Shown in pieces: positions 46,825 through 57,130 of a DNA stretch of 59,310 bases. A program made the translations under genes and the position numbers. Origin of the DNA: Psychrobium sp. Lineage in GTDB: Bacteria > Pseudomonadota > Gammaproteobacteria > Enterobacterales > Psychrobiaceae. Below the pieces are notes generated by a model. It had not been told where the DNA came from. It saw only the letters and a program-made list of their open reading frames with translations, and ran no database searches. How positions within the stretch are numbered: position 1 is the stretch's first letter; each line of letters opens with the position of its first letter. The stretch covers positions 1 to 59,310 of the forward strand of contig JABSRV010000006.1 in NCBI GenBank assembly GCA_013214905.1, in the 5' to 3' direction.

Positions 46825-47883
46825 TTAGGATAAATCAACTTTGCTCTGCGCCCTATATTTGGCGGGTGTTGTACCTGTTATTTTTTTAAATACGCTATAA
46901 AAGGTAGATTGTGAATTAAAACCGCAGTCTTCGCTAATCACTTCCATCTTTGTTAATTTTTCTGCACTTAATAATGCTTTAGCCGCGTCGATGCGATATT
47001 CGTTAATAAATAATGAAAATGATTTCTTCTCGTTGTCATTGAGTAATTGTGATAATCGTACGTGAGACATACCCAGAGTCTTTGCCACTTGCGGCATGGT
47101 GATATTGGCATCTTTATATAACTGCTTATCTTGCATCAGCTGGATTAGCTGGCTGAGTAAAATATCGGCTTGTTCATCAATGATTTTGTTATTGGCATAT
47201 TTTTCAGGTTGCGTGGCTTCATTCTTTCTAAATTTTAAAATAATCAGTAACAACATTAAGCAAAATATGAATGAAAACGATAATGCGCCCACGATATAAG
47301 ACGTATAAGAGGCGGTGAAATACGCCAGCCAAACCACTGTGTTGCCAACAAAGAGGCTGCAAGTAAATAGCTGCTGATCATTCGCGGCTAACTTTTTTTT
47401 CCACACGTCTAACAAAGTTTCGCGCAGCACGATTAGCGATAATACAAGATAGACTAGCCATTGATAGTTAATGATTTTATAGATGGTGGTGCCCCATACA
47501 TCAATATGCTGCTGGTAAGGGTAGGCGAAACCGACAATGAACACTATGAAGAGCAATGCGCCAAGGTGTAGTGGCCATTTTAGGCGCTGTTTGTCTAAGG
47601 TACCGGTAATACTAAGACTATAAAAATACAAACAGGGGCCAATAAAAAAACAGGCGGACAAGCCGAACTGTAAAATAGACTTTGCAATGTCTGGGGTAAA
47701 GTAATACATCACCGACTTTAAGATTCGAATACTAAACATTAATAACATGGCTGCTAAAAATTTATTCGACAGCTTGTTTGACAGTTTAGGCGAGGGCAGG
47801 GTGAAAAAATATAGTGAAAGCAATATGCCATTAAGTGCGCCAAACGCGCTTAAAAAAAGTAAAATTTGACTATCAATATTCAT
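46825..47883 (-). CDS. Membrane-bound AraC-family regulator
   Basis: About seven N-terminal TM helices; C-terminal FINEYRID...CGFNSQSTFYSVFKKITGTTP. Confidence 0.9.
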   Translation of the reverse strand: MNIDSQILLFLSAFGALNGILLSLYFFTLPSPKLSNKLSNKFLAAMLLMFSIRILKSVMYYFTPDIAKSILQFGLSACFFIGPCLYFYSLSITGTLDKQRLKWPLHLGALLFIVFIVGFAYPYQQHIDVWGTTIYKIINYQWLVYLVLSLIVLRETLLDVWKKKLAANDQQLFTCSLFVGNTVVWLAYFTASYTSYIVGALSFSFIFCLMLLLIILKFRKNEATQPEKYANNKIIDEQADILLSQLIQLMQDKQLYKDANITMPQVAKTLGMSHVRLSQLLNDNEKKSFSLFINEYRIDAAKALLSAEKLTKMEVISEDCGFNSQSTFYSVFKKITGTTPAKYRAQSKVDLS

Positions 47884-48094
47884 TAATTGTTGCGCTTTGT
47901 TGATGATGCTTTATTAGCTATAGCATAAAGCGAATTGGCAAATGACACCATGATAATTAGTGCTGATTTTACCCTTGCATTATATTTAGTTCGGTGTGAT
48001 GTTCGAAGGTGTACTCTGACAAGAGAGTTCACATTACAAGGCATATCACAATGCATGTTATAAAGTATTAGCCCATAAATAAAAGGAATTTAAC

Positions 48095-48235
48095 ATGGTA
48101 ACGCTTTTCGAAAAAATTGGTGGAGCAAGCGCAATTGATGCGGCGGTAGATATTTTTTATCGCAAGGTCTTAAACGACAACTCGGTAAGCTCATATTTAG
48201 ATACAACTGATATGGACGATCAAATAGCCAAGTAA
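48095..48235 (+). pseudogene. Truncated (group I, 2/2) haemoglobin, 5' remnant
   Basis: Not in the ORF track: AAGGA RBS, MVTLFEKIGGASAIDAAVDIFYRKVLNDNSVSSYLDTTDMDDQIAK then TAA; GG and FY motifs of GlbN-type globins. Confidence 0.8.
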
Positions 48236-48236
48236 A

Positions 48237-48431
48237 AAAGGGCAAGACAACATTATTAAAGCGGTGCTTAATGATTTACAGGGTGATATGCGCAACATGC
48301 AAGTCTATCTGTGCGGCGGTGAGTTGTTTGTTAAAAACCTGAGGAAACAGGTGTTTTTACAAGGCATTAGCTCTAAAAATATTCATTGTGATGCATTTTC
48401 TGTGCAACAAGTCTCAAATAACTTGAGTTAA
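48237..48431 (+). pseudogene. 3' remnant of an FNR-family (FAD/NAD-binding) oxidoreductase
   Basis: Frame reads ...DMRNMQVYLCGGELFVKNLRKQVFLQGISSKNIHCDAF..., the YLCG...IH.DAF C-terminus of ferredoxin-reductase-family proteins; the N-terminal domains are missing. Confidence 0.72.
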
Positions 48432-48472
48432 TCTAGATTCTCGATAGTTCGTTTAAATCTTTTTAATGGCGA

Positions 48473-48817
48473 TTAATTACTGGCGAGCATGTCACGCTCT
48501 ATCGCGTCGGCGCAGGTGATAGTAATCTCTATTTTTTGGCCATTGCTATTTCCTTGCTTAGCTAGTTTTAAGCTTTTGCTAACAACAGTTTCGGCTGAAT
48601 AATGAAAGGCTTTACAGTCTTGTGCTATGGCGCGGCTTAATGCTGATACTGTTGGATCAATGATGGAAGCATTGTCATTTGGAAAAGCAGTTCGATGAGC
48701 GCCATTTTTTTGCTCTTTGTCAGTGATTAATATATAAGAAATTGCCATTAATACGGTTACAAAAAACAACCAAACTTGTTTATCTGTCATATCATTACCC
48801 AAAATTATTGCACGCAT
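48473..48817 (-). CDS. Hypothetical protein with N-terminal TM segment
   Basis: 114-aa ORF, possible start at MTDKQ (48790). Confidence 0.5.
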   Translation of the reverse strand: MRAIILGNDMTDKQVWLFFVTVLMAISYILITDKEQKNGAHRTAFPNDNASIIDPTVSALSRAIAQDCKAFHYSAETVVSKSLKLAKQGNSNGQKIEITITCADAIERDMLASN

Positions 48818-48868
48818 TTGGATAAGTCTAGACCATTGTTGTCAGATTGCTTTTTATTAGACCTATAT

Positions 48869-49075
48869 TTAGCCCAATTCCAACTCTATATTGGTACAAC
48901 CCTTATTACAGATTATTTTGGCAATGCCATTTTCTGCAGGAATTAGGGTTAATAATTGTTGGCAATGCGTGCAGTTTATTTTGTCACCGCGGCACACTTT
49001 TTTGATTAAGTTACGTTGTTGGGCGAATGATTCGGCGGCGCTTTTGTTTAGTGCTGAGAAGTCTATTGAAGTCAT
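48869..49075 (-). CDS. Small Cys-rich (zinc-ribbon-like) protein
   Basis: CTHC and CNKGC motifs; divergent from recJ. Confidence 0.7.
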   Translation of the reverse strand: MTSIDFSALNKSAAESFAQQRNLIKKVCRGDKINCTHCQQLLTLIPAENGIAKIICNKGCTNIELELG

Positions 49076-49206
49076 ATTAGAATGCTTGAGTATTAAACGA
49101 TAAAGAGAACTATCATACCCTCTGTTATAACGAAGCGCTAGCCAGTGTTATTTATCGTGCTTAATCGTGATACTCTGCTGTTTTCGACTGCTTAAAAGGT
49201 CAATTT

Positions 49207-50940
49207 GTGACTCCTATTATTGAACGCCGCGCCGCGGTTGATTGTTCACACCTGAGTTTTATCACTCAACCATTGCTGCAACGTGTTTACGGTGCGCGTG
49301 GTATTAGTGACGCCAAAGATCTGGAATATCAATTAAAAAATCTGTTAAACCCTGCCACTCTTAAAGGCAGTGATAAGGCGGCGGTTTTATTGCTCGATGC
49401 TATTAAGCAGCAAAAGCGCATTACCATTGTTGGTGACTTTGACGCCGATGGTGCGACTTCAACCGCTTTGTCATTGCTAACACTACGCCGCTTTGGGGCT
49501 AAAAATGTAGATTACATTGTGCCTAACCGTTTTGATTTTGGTTACGGTTTATCTACCCCTATTGTTGATATTGCCCATCAACAAGGCACCCAAATGATCA
49601 TGACCGTGGACAACGGTATTTCGTCCATTGATGGCGTAGCGCGAGCGAAAGAGTTGGGCATGACGGTGTTAGTGACCGACCATCACTTGGCAGGAAATAG
49701 CTTGCCTATTGCCGACGCTATCGTTAATCCTAATCAACCCGATTGTACTTTTGCCAGTAAAAACTTAGCCGGTGTCGGTGTGGCATTTTATGTGATGCTG
49801 GCGTTGCGTGCACTAATGCGCAAAGAAAACTACTTTACTGAATATGGCATTGAAGAGCCAAACATGGCGGAGTTTTTAGATATTGTTGCGCTAGGTACTG
49901 TGGCCGATGTGGTGATCTTAGATAATAACAATCGGATCTTGGTCGAACAGGGCATCGCACGCATTAAAGCTAAACGTTGCCGCGTGGGCATTATTGCGTT
50001 ATTAGAAATTGCCAATCGTAATATTAGTCGCTGCGTGGCCAGTGATATGGGTTTTGCTATTGGCCCGCGTCTTAATGCCGCAGGGCGTTTAGATGATATG
50101 TCACTTGGCATTGAATGTTTGGTCACGGACAATTATCAGCATGCCAAAGAAATTGCCATTGAGTTAGACGCCTTTAATAAAGATCGTCGTCAAATTGAAG
50201 CGGGCATGCAACAAGAAGCGCTTAAAATTATCGAGCAACTACCTTTTAGTCAAGGCGATGGCGACATTCCATTCGCTTTTGCGTTGTTTCATGCCGAGTG
50301 GCATCAAGGGGTAAGCGGCATTGTTGCCTCACGCATTAAAGATAAATTTCACCGCCCAGTGATTGTGTTTGCTGACGCGGGTGATGGCGAATTAAAAGGC
50401 TCTGGTCGCTCTATTGAGGGGCTGCATTTACGCGATTTATTGGAACGTGTGAATACGCTAGCGCCAGGCATGATCCTTAAATTTGGTGGTCATGCGATGG
50501 CAGCTGGTTTGTCTATTAAGCAAGAAGATTACCCAGCGTTTGCCAAACTGTTTGAATCCTTAGCGGAGCAAACACTCACTAAAGAGCAGCTTAGTGGAAA
50601 AATATTTAGTGACGGTGAATTGTCTGCCGCTGAATTTACCCTCGATATCGCTGGTCAACTCAGAAATGCGGGGCCTTGGGGACAAGGTTTCCCTGAGCCC
50701 TGTTTTGATGGCAAGTTTAGAGTCGTGCAGCAGCGCATTGTCGGTGACAAACATTTGAAGTTAGTCTTAGAACCAGAAGGCTCGCAATTAGTGGTCGACG
50801 CGATCGCTTTTAATGTTGATAGAGAGATTTGGCCTAATCCAAATATTGAGTGGGCCGAGGTTGCGTTTAAACTCGATATTAATGAATTTAGAAATCGTCA
50901 GACCTTGCAATTAATGGTGGAATATATTGCGCCAGTCTAG
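49207..50940 (+). CDS. recJ: ssDNA exonuclease RecJ
   Basis: GDFDADGATS, TVDNG, TDHH, GPRLNAAGR, GSGRS, FGGHAMAAG. Confidence 0.97.
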   Translation: MTPIIERRAAVDCSHLSFITQPLLQRVYGARGISDAKDLEYQLKNLLNPATLKGSDKAAVLLLDAIKQQKRITIVGDFDADGATSTALSLLTLRRFGAKNVDYIVPNRFDFGYGLSTPIVDIAHQQGTQMIMTVDNGISSIDGVARAKELGMTVLVTDHHLAGNSLPIADAIVNPNQPDCTFASKNLAGVGVAFYVMLALRALMRKENYFTEYGIEEPNMAEFLDIVALGTVADVVILDNNNRILVEQGIARIKAKRCRVGIIALLEIANRNISRCVASDMGFAIGPRLNAAGRLDDMSLGIECLVTDNYQHAKEIAIELDAFNKDRRQIEAGMQQEALKIIEQLPFSQGDGDIPFAFALFHAEWHQGVSGIVASRIKDKFHRPVIVFADAGDGELKGSGRSIEGLHLRDLLERVNTLAPGMILKFGGHAMAAGLSIKQEDYPAFAKLFESLAEQTLTKEQLSGKIFSDGELSAAEFTLDIAGQLRNAGPWGQGFPEPCFDGKFRVVQQRIVGDKHLKLVLEPEGSQLVVDAIAFNVDREIWPNPNIEWAEVAFKLDINEFRNRQTLQLMVEYIAPV

Positions 50941-51079
50941 TCGTTAAAATTTTGCGTTGTAAGCACTGTAAAATGGCGTCTATAACGTAAGTTTCTATGG
51001 CTAGCCGCTATCTCTTTACCTGTTTTTTGGTTAGAATAGGCGGCTTTTTATCAGTATCATCAGCGGCGGAATAGCTTAC

Positions 51080-52178
51080 ATGTTCGAAGTGAACCCAGTT
51101 AAATATAAAGTTGAAGATTTACGCCAGCGTAGCAATGTGCTTCGGGGGTATCTTTGACTACGATCGTAATAGCGAACGTTTAGTCGAGGTTTCACGCGAA
51201 TTAGCAGATCCAGCGGTGTGGAATGAACCTGAACGCGCTCAAGCATTAGGTCAAGAACGTAGCGAACTCGAAGCGGTGGTTAATACCATCGACACCATGG
51301 AGTCTGGCCTTGAAGATGTTGAAGGGTTAGTTGAGTTGGCCGTTGAAGCCGACGATGAAGAAACTTTCGAAGAAGCTAAAAGTGAATTAGCTGACTTAGA
51401 AACCATGTTAGAAAAGCTAGAGTTTCGCCGTATGTTTAATGGCAAGCACGACGCTAATAACTGTTACATGGATATTCAGTCGGGCAGTGGCGGCACCGAA
51501 GCGCAAGATTGGGCCAACATGGTACTGCGCATGTATTTACGCTGGGGCGAGGCAAAAGGTTTTAAAGTTGAACTGATTGAAGTCACCGCGGGCGATGTGG
51601 CAGGCATTAAAGGCGCGACCATTAAGTTTAGTGGTGACTATGCCCACGGCTGGTTGCGTACTGAAAGTGGTGTACATCGTTTAGTGCGTAAATCGCCATT
51701 TGATTCAAGCTCGCGTCGTCATACCTCATTTTGTTCTGCTTTTGTTTATCCCGAAGTTGATGATGATATTGAAATTGATATAAACCCAGCAGATTTACGC
51801 ATTGATACTTACCGCGCATCTGGCGCTGGTGGTCAACACGTTAATAAAACAGATTCTGCGATCCGTATAACTCACTTGCCTACCAATACCGTAGTGCAAT
51901 GTCAGGCTGACAGATCGCAACATAAAAACCGCGCGGCAGCGATGAAACAGCTTAAAGGTAAACTTTATGAGCTGGAAATGGACAAGCAAAACGCCGACAA
52001 GCAAGTATTAGAAGATGGCAAGGCGGATATCGGATGGGGCAGTCAAATTCGCTCTTACGTATTAGACGCTTCACGCATTAAAGATTTACGTACTGGAGTC
52101 GAAAGCTCCAATACCGGCGCCGTGTTAGACGGTGATCTAGACAAATTTATTGAAGCCAGTTTAAAGTCTGGTTTATAA
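51080..52178 (+). CDS. prfB: Peptide chain release factor 2 with programmed +1 frameshift
   Basis: ATG 51080 MFEVNPV...LRGYL then CTT TGA C at 51152-51158; continuation carries SPF and GGQ; recJ-prfB-lysS synteny. Confidence 0.97.
51143..51158 (+). promoter_or_regulatory. prfB autoregulatory frameshift site
   Basis: Internal SD-like GGGGG, then TAT CTT TGA C. Confidence 0.95.
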
Positions 52179-52202
52179 ACATATTCAAATAGTGGAAATA
52201 TC

Positions 52203-53717
52203 ATGAGCGAACAAAACAGCCCTGAAAATGAAGTAGTAGACGTTAACGAATTAGTAGCAGTGCGTCGTGAAAAATTAAACGAAATGCGTGCTAAAGGCCA
52301 AGCCTTTCCAAATGACTTTCGCCGTAAAGACATTTCTGACGATCTTCACCTTGCTTATGGTGGCAAAGAGAAAGAAGAACTGGAAGAGTTAAACGTTGAA
52401 GTGGCCGTGGCTGGTCGTATGATGACTCGTCGTATTATGGGTAAAGCAGCCTTTGCTACTATCCAAGATATGGGCACGCGCATTCAATTGTACGTTGCAC
52501 GTGATTTATTGGCTGAAGGTTTTTATAACACCGAATTCAAAAAATGGGATTTGGGCGATATAATTGCCGCGAAAGGTGTTTTGTTTAAAACCAAAACTGG
52601 CGAATTATCTATTCGTTGTAGCGAAGTGCGTATCTTAACCAAAGCATTGCGCCCATTGCCTGATAAGTTCCATGGTTTGGCTGATCAAGAAACCTGTTAC
52701 CGTCAGCGTTATTTAGATCTAATTGCTAACGAAAAATCTCGTGAAGTATTTAAGATCCGCTCTAAAGTTGTTGCCTTTATCCGTAACTACTTAACGCAAA
52801 AGAACTTCATGGAAGTTGAAACGCCAATGATGCAGGTTATCCCTGGTGGCGCAACGGCCCGTCCATTTAAGACATTCCATAATGCATTAGACATGGACAT
52901 GTATTTGCGTATCGCGCCAGAGCTAAACCTTAAGCGTTTAGTGGTTGGTGGTTTTGAAAACGTATTTGAAATTAACCGCAGTTTCCGTAACGAAGGTTTG
53001 TCAACGCGCCATAATCCAGAATTTACCATGCTTGAATTCTACTGGGGTTACGCGGATTTCAATATGTTGATGGATTTAACCGAAGACATGTTACGTGAAT
53101 TAGCGTTAAGCGTTAAAGGCACGACCCAGATCAATTATCAAGGTAATGAATTTGATTTTGCACAGCCGTTCATTCGGATGACCGTTGTTGATGCTATCTT
53201 AAAGTACACGCCTGGCACCACCGTTGAACAAGTGAATGATCTTGAGCAAGCGACTAAAATCGCTAAAGACTTAGGCATTGAAGTTAAAGACAACTGGGGC
53301 TTAGGTAAAATTCAAATTGAGATATTTGAAGAAACTGGCGAGCATCAATTAATGCAACCTACCTTTATTACCGAATATCCAGCTGAAGTTTCACCGCTAG
53401 CTCGTCGTAATGATAACAACCCATTCATTACCGATCGTTTTGAATTCTTTGTTGGTGGTCGTGAAATTGCTAACGGTTTCTCTGAATTAAATGATTCAGA
53501 AGACCAAGATCAGCGCTTCTTAGATCAAGTGGCTCAAAAAGATGCTGGTGATGACGAAGCGATGTTCTACGATGCTGATTACATCACAGCCCTAGAATAT
53601 GGTTTGCCACCAACCGCGGGTGAAGGTATTGGTATCGATCGTTTAGTGATGCTTTATACAGATGCACCATCTATTCGTGACGTATTATTGTTCCCACATA
53701 TGCGTCCTCAAGCATAA
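52203..53717 (+). CDS. lysS: Lysine--tRNA ligase (class II)
   Basis: [43 protein letters not shown]. Confidence 0.98.
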   Translation: MSEQNSPENEVVDVNELVAVRREKLNEMRAKGQAFPNDFRRKDISDDLHLAYGGKEKEELEELNVEVAVAGRMMTRRIMGKAAFATIQDMGTRIQLYVARDLLAEGFYNTEFKKWDLGDIIAAKGVLFKTKTGELSIRCSEVRILTKALRPLPDKFHGLADQETCYRQRYLDLIANEKSREVFKIRSKVVAFIRNYLTQKNFMEVETPMMQVIPGGATARPFKTFHNALDMDMYLRIAPELNLKRLVVGGFENVFEINRSFRNEGLSTRHNPEFTMLEFYWGYADFNMLMDLTEDMLRELALSVKGTTQINYQGNEFDFAQPFIRMTVVDAILKYTPGTTVEQVNDLEQATKIAKDLGIEVKDNWGLGKIQIEIFEETGEHQLMQPTFITEYPAEVSPLARRNDNNPFITDRFEFFVGGREIANGFSELNDSEDQDQRFLDQVAQKDAGDDEAMFYDADYITALEYGLPPTAGEGIGIDRLVMLYTDAPSIRDVLLFPHMRPQA

Positions 53718-53730
53718 CGTCAATTAGCAT

Positions 53731-53772
53731 AAAAAAGCCCCGCTAACTTTTTGTTAGCGGGGCTTTTTTTTT
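53731..53772 (+). terminator. Rho-independent terminator after lysS
   Basis: AAAAAAGCCCCGCTAAC-TTTTT-GTTAGCGGGGCTTTTTTTT. Confidence 0.92.
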
Positions 53773-53859
53773 GGTGATTTTAGTCGAAAATTAAAATGAT
53801 GAAATTTTTTATGATTAAGCTAGGTCTTTGAAGAGGAATCTATTTATCAGGAAAAGTTA

Positions 53860-54234
53860 ATGAAAAAATTGTTAGTTATTTGTGCGTTGTTTTTATCCTC
53901 ATCTGTTTACGCAGGTCAAATGGTGAAGTTTACTGAAGCTGGTTTTAAGCAGCTGCAACAAGAAAACGCATCAATATTGATCGACGTACATGCCTCATGG
54001 TGCCCAACTTGTCGTAAGCAAGGAAAGGTCATTAAAAAATTCCTTAAGCAAAATCCAAATAGTGATTTAACCGTGCTTAAACTTGATTACGACAAGCAGA
54101 AAAAATGGGTTAAATACTTTAAGGCCTTTAGGCAAAGTACCTTAGTCATGTACAAAGGTAAGACCGAAATTGCTCGTTCTATTGCACAGACTGATGAAAA
54201 GAAGCTGTATAACCTTTTCTCATTAATTAAGTAG
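53860..54234 (+). CDS. Periplasmic thioredoxin-family protein
   Basis: Signal peptide; HASWCPTC. Confidence 0.88.
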   Translation: MKKLLVICALFLSSSVYAGQMVKFTEAGFKQLQQENASILIDVHASWCPTCRKQGKVIKKFLKQNPNSDLTVLKLDYDKQKKWVKYFKAFRQSTLVMYKGKTEIARSIAQTDEKKLYNLFSLIK

Positions 54235-54239
54235 GTGAT

Positions 54240-54956
54240 ATGGAATTCACTGCATTCTTTTTTAGTTTTGTAGCGGGCATTCTAAGCACGCTTTCACCCT
54301 GTGTTTTTCCTATATTGCCGATTATTATTGCTAGTGCGTTGCAACATAGTCGTCAGGGGTTAATCGCATTGATTATGGGAATTTCTTTATCTTTTGCTAT
54401 TGCGGGCAGTTTAATTAGCTATGCGGCGGTTGCTTGGGACTTTGATATTAGTGTCATTAAAAATATCAGTGCTTATCTATTATTGGCCTTTGGCTTGGTG
54501 ATTCTCATTGAGCCACTCAATCAGAAGTTTAGCCAATTAGCGTCTCAATTAATGAGTCGCGGTAATAATAAAGTCGCAACCTATCAAGCGACTGGCTTTG
54601 GCGGTCAGTTTATTTTAGGGCTGTTGCTTGGTTTTGTATGGACACCTTGTGTTGGGCCAACATTAGGCGCTGCCATATCACTTGCGATCCAGGGCGATAG
54701 CCTGCCTATTGTGTTTTCGATTATGCTGGTATTTGGCATGGGCGCAGGCGTGCCGCTATTAGTCTTGGGAAGCTTGTCAGGAAAAATCATCAATCGAGAA
54801 AAATTAACTAAGCATGTTCATTTGATGAAAAAAGTACTGGCGGTATTTTTAATACTTATTGCGCTGAGTATTTTGCTTGGTTTGGATCGTCACCTCGAAA
54901 CTCTGTTAGTTGAAATGATGCCAGATTGGCTGACCGATTTAACAACGTCTATTTAA
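54240..54956 (+). CDS. CcdA/DsbD-TM family electron transporter
   Basis: LSPCVFPILP and WTPCVGPTLG; multiple TM helices. Confidence 0.9.
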   Translation: MEFTAFFFSFVAGILSTLSPCVFPILPIIIASALQHSRQGLIALIMGISLSFAIAGSLISYAAVAWDFDISVIKNISAYLLLAFGLVILIEPLNQKFSQLASQLMSRGNNKVATYQATGFGGQFILGLLLGFVWTPCVGPTLGAAISLAIQGDSLPIVFSIMLVFGMGAGVPLLVLGSLSGKIINREKLTKHVHLMKKVLAVFLILIALSILLGLDRHLETLLVEMMPDWLTDLTTSI

Positions 54957-54980
54957 CAACTCAATGATGGCTCCTCAATA

Positions 54981-55042
54981 AATAACTATTATGTAGTTAT
55001 TTGTTGACAGTTATTACTTATTAAAACTATTATGTAGTTATT
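54981..55042 (+). promoter_or_regulatory. PadR promoter with two operator copies
   Basis: AACTATTATGTAGTTATT exact at 54984-55001 and 55025-55042 (palindromic AACTA-N5-TAGTT) around TTGACA (55004)...TATTAT (55028). Confidence 0.75.
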
Positions 55043-55065
55043 ACTAGCCGACAGAGAAAATACAT

Positions 55066-55404
55066 ATGGCCAATAAGCAAACGTATTTAGGTGAATTTGA
55101 ACATTTCGTTTTACTTAGCATTATGCATTTGGGTGATCAAGCCTATGGCGTAACAATAAGGCAGCAGTTGAAACAGTCGATAGACAGAGATGTGTCATTA
55201 GGCGCTTTGTATTCAACGATTGAACGTTTAGAGAAAAAGGGATTTATTACGTCTAGAAAAGGAGAAGCTAAACCTGAGCGAGGAGGTAAAGCTAAACGAT
55301 TGGTTCGTGTATCGGCGTTGGGCATAAGCATGTTGTCAGCCTCAAAGTTGCAGTTTGAAACCATGTGGCGCAACATTCAAATATCGGAGAATAATTATGC
55401 ATAA
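55066..55404 (+). CDS. PadR-family transcriptional regulator
   Basis: LGEFEHFVLL, AYGVTI, GALYSTIERLEKKG, RGGKAKR. Confidence 0.92.
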   Translation: MANKQTYLGEFEHFVLLSIMHLGDQAYGVTIRQQLKQSIDRDVSLGALYSTIERLEKKGFITSRKGEAKPERGGKAKRLVRVSALGISMLSASKLQFETMWRNIQISENNYA

Positions 55405-56107
55405 TACATTACTTAATTTATCTATTTGGTTTATTCAACACATAGCACCGAATAACATAAACGATGACTTATCGGGTGACTTAGCGGAAGAATACACCCA
55501 GCATATATTGCCTGAGCAGGGCAGTGTTAAAGCTTCTTTGTGGTTATTACGACAAACCTCCCTAACATGTGCGCATTATGTATTCACATTTGTTAATGGC
55601 ATCGCTTTTATTGTTGCCTTAATTGGCCTTAGTATTTTTTCTTTATTAGCAGCCGCTATATTTTGGCTGTCTAATGTACCCTCATTTGACGTATCATTGT
55701 GGCAAACATGGTCACAGCAGGCTTCGCATCATCGTTTAGTATTTGAACCTGATTTTTGGCAGTTTATAGCGCAATTTTATGCCGATGGTTTTCTAGTAAG
55801 TTCATTTTACAACTGGATAGATGTTACAGCGGTTTTTTATTCATTACTTGCACTATATGTCCTTGCTAAACTGGATAAGGCAAAGACACTAACCGCGTTT
55901 AAATATGCATTATCTGCCATCGCGCTAATGTCAGTACCATATTTATGGGGTACATACCAATTCCTGTTTAATGATATGGTGACAGGGCCTCAAACTGGTC
56001 CAATAGTCGCGACTATGTGGTTAACTATCATGTATATGATATTGCCTACGACTTATCAATTGGCCAAAAAAACTGCCAATAGGCGAACACTAACGCTTAG
56101 TGATTAA
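55397..56107 (+). CDS. Membrane protein with PadR-associated permease-prefix-like domain
   Basis: GDLAEEY...ASLWLLRQ N-terminus then about four TM helices; ATG 55397 after GGAG overlaps the padR end. Confidence 0.72.
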   Translation: MHNTLLNLSIWFIQHIAPNNINDDLSGDLAEEYTQHILPEQGSVKASLWLLRQTSLTCAHYVFTFVNGIAFIVALIGLSIFSLLAAAIFWLSNVPSFDVSLWQTWSQQASHHRLVFEPDFWQFIAQFYADGFLVSSFYNWIDVTAVFYSLLALYVLAKLDKAKTLTAFKYALSAIALMSVPYLWGTYQFLFNDMVTGPQTGPIVATMWLTIMYMILPTTYQLAKKTANRRTLTLSD

Positions 56108-56329
56108 TTTCAACATGAGCGGCATGGCGACATAAGTAATAATCGGCACAATGAGCGCAACCGAAATAAAGGTCACGACAAAATGCTGATCACTAATATG
56201 CTCTGCTACCCAAGGCGGAATAAAATAGACCAATGGCAGCAATGCAATAAAGGTAAACAACGCCATCAAATGTTTACTTGGTTTTTTCTGTTGCTGCCTT
56301 TCGTGTTGCCTTGCATATCGCTCAGTCAT
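56090..56329 (-). CDS. Small two-TM membrane protein
   Basis: KPSKHLMAL...LIVPIITYVAMP; downstream of the pirin gene. Confidence 0.65.
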   Translation of the reverse strand: MTERYARQHERQQQKKPSKHLMALFTFIALLPLVYFIPPWVAEHISDQHFVVTFISVALIVPIITYVAMPLMLKLITKR

Positions 56330-56355
56330 CGCTATCTCGTTCCTGTATTTAATCG

Positions 56356-57029
56356 TTAGCTAATAATAATGAGTTGAGCATCTGTTTTCGCTTTAAATGT
56401 TAAGCCATATTTAACTCGAATTAAACTTCTCGCCATTACTTGTTTCCCGTTTATTGTCGCTGCTCCTTTACTTAGATAAGCCATCGCTTCGCCAGGGTGA
56501 TTAAACTCTTGGCCGCTTTAGCATTAGCCACATAAATCGAGGTATTGCTGTGAAAAGTCTGCTGCTGTTTTTTATCACCGCCATAAATCTTAACTAACTT
56601 ACCTTGTTGTGGCTGATAAACCTTGTAGCCAGCTTTCTCTCCTTTATTATCAGGCAATACCCAAAGCTGGATCATTTGGTTAGGCGTGCTGTTAGGATTT
56701 ACTTCATTGTGAGAAAAACCTTGTGCGCCCGCACGTTGTACTTGAACATCACCTGCGTTTAAACTCGCGCCATGTTCTAAAGAGCCTTTGTGCGCAACTT
56801 GTCCATGCACCATCACTGAAATGACATCGATTTCTTTATGTGGGTGCATGCCTGTTTCGCCAAATGGCTTAAAGTTGGCGTCCGCTAAATAAACAAAGTT
56901 ACCAATACCATCGACTTCACCCGCGTTGGCGCGGCGTTTAAAAACTTTTGAATCCATCACAAAACGACGTTCTAATAATCCGGCGAAACCACCTTGGGCT
57001 AATTCTGTATATTGTAAAATTTCCATCAT
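56356..57029 (-). pseudogene. Pirin-family protein with a 1-nt frameshift
   Basis: MHPHKEIDVIS, HNEVN, QLWVLP. At about 56512-56515 GCGGCC lacks one G; the restored frame reads GQEFNHPGEAMAYLSKG...AQLIIIS to TAA at 56356. Confidence 0.8.
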
Positions 57030-57130
57030 GTTCTCTACCTGCATGTAATTGATGAAGCAAGTATGATTGTTTTAGTTTTATTGATATATAAGCTAAAGTA
57101 TCAAACATTGTTCTATTTAAAGTAATAATA

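Noticed and set aside
48036-48060. NsrR box upstream of the globin remnant
   Set aside because: AGGCAT-N6-ATGCAT has spacing one base off the N5 consensus; suggestive only
51111-51157. prfB start at 51111, or prfB as a pseudogene
   Set aside because: The canonical programmed +1 frameshift explains it; the true start is 51080
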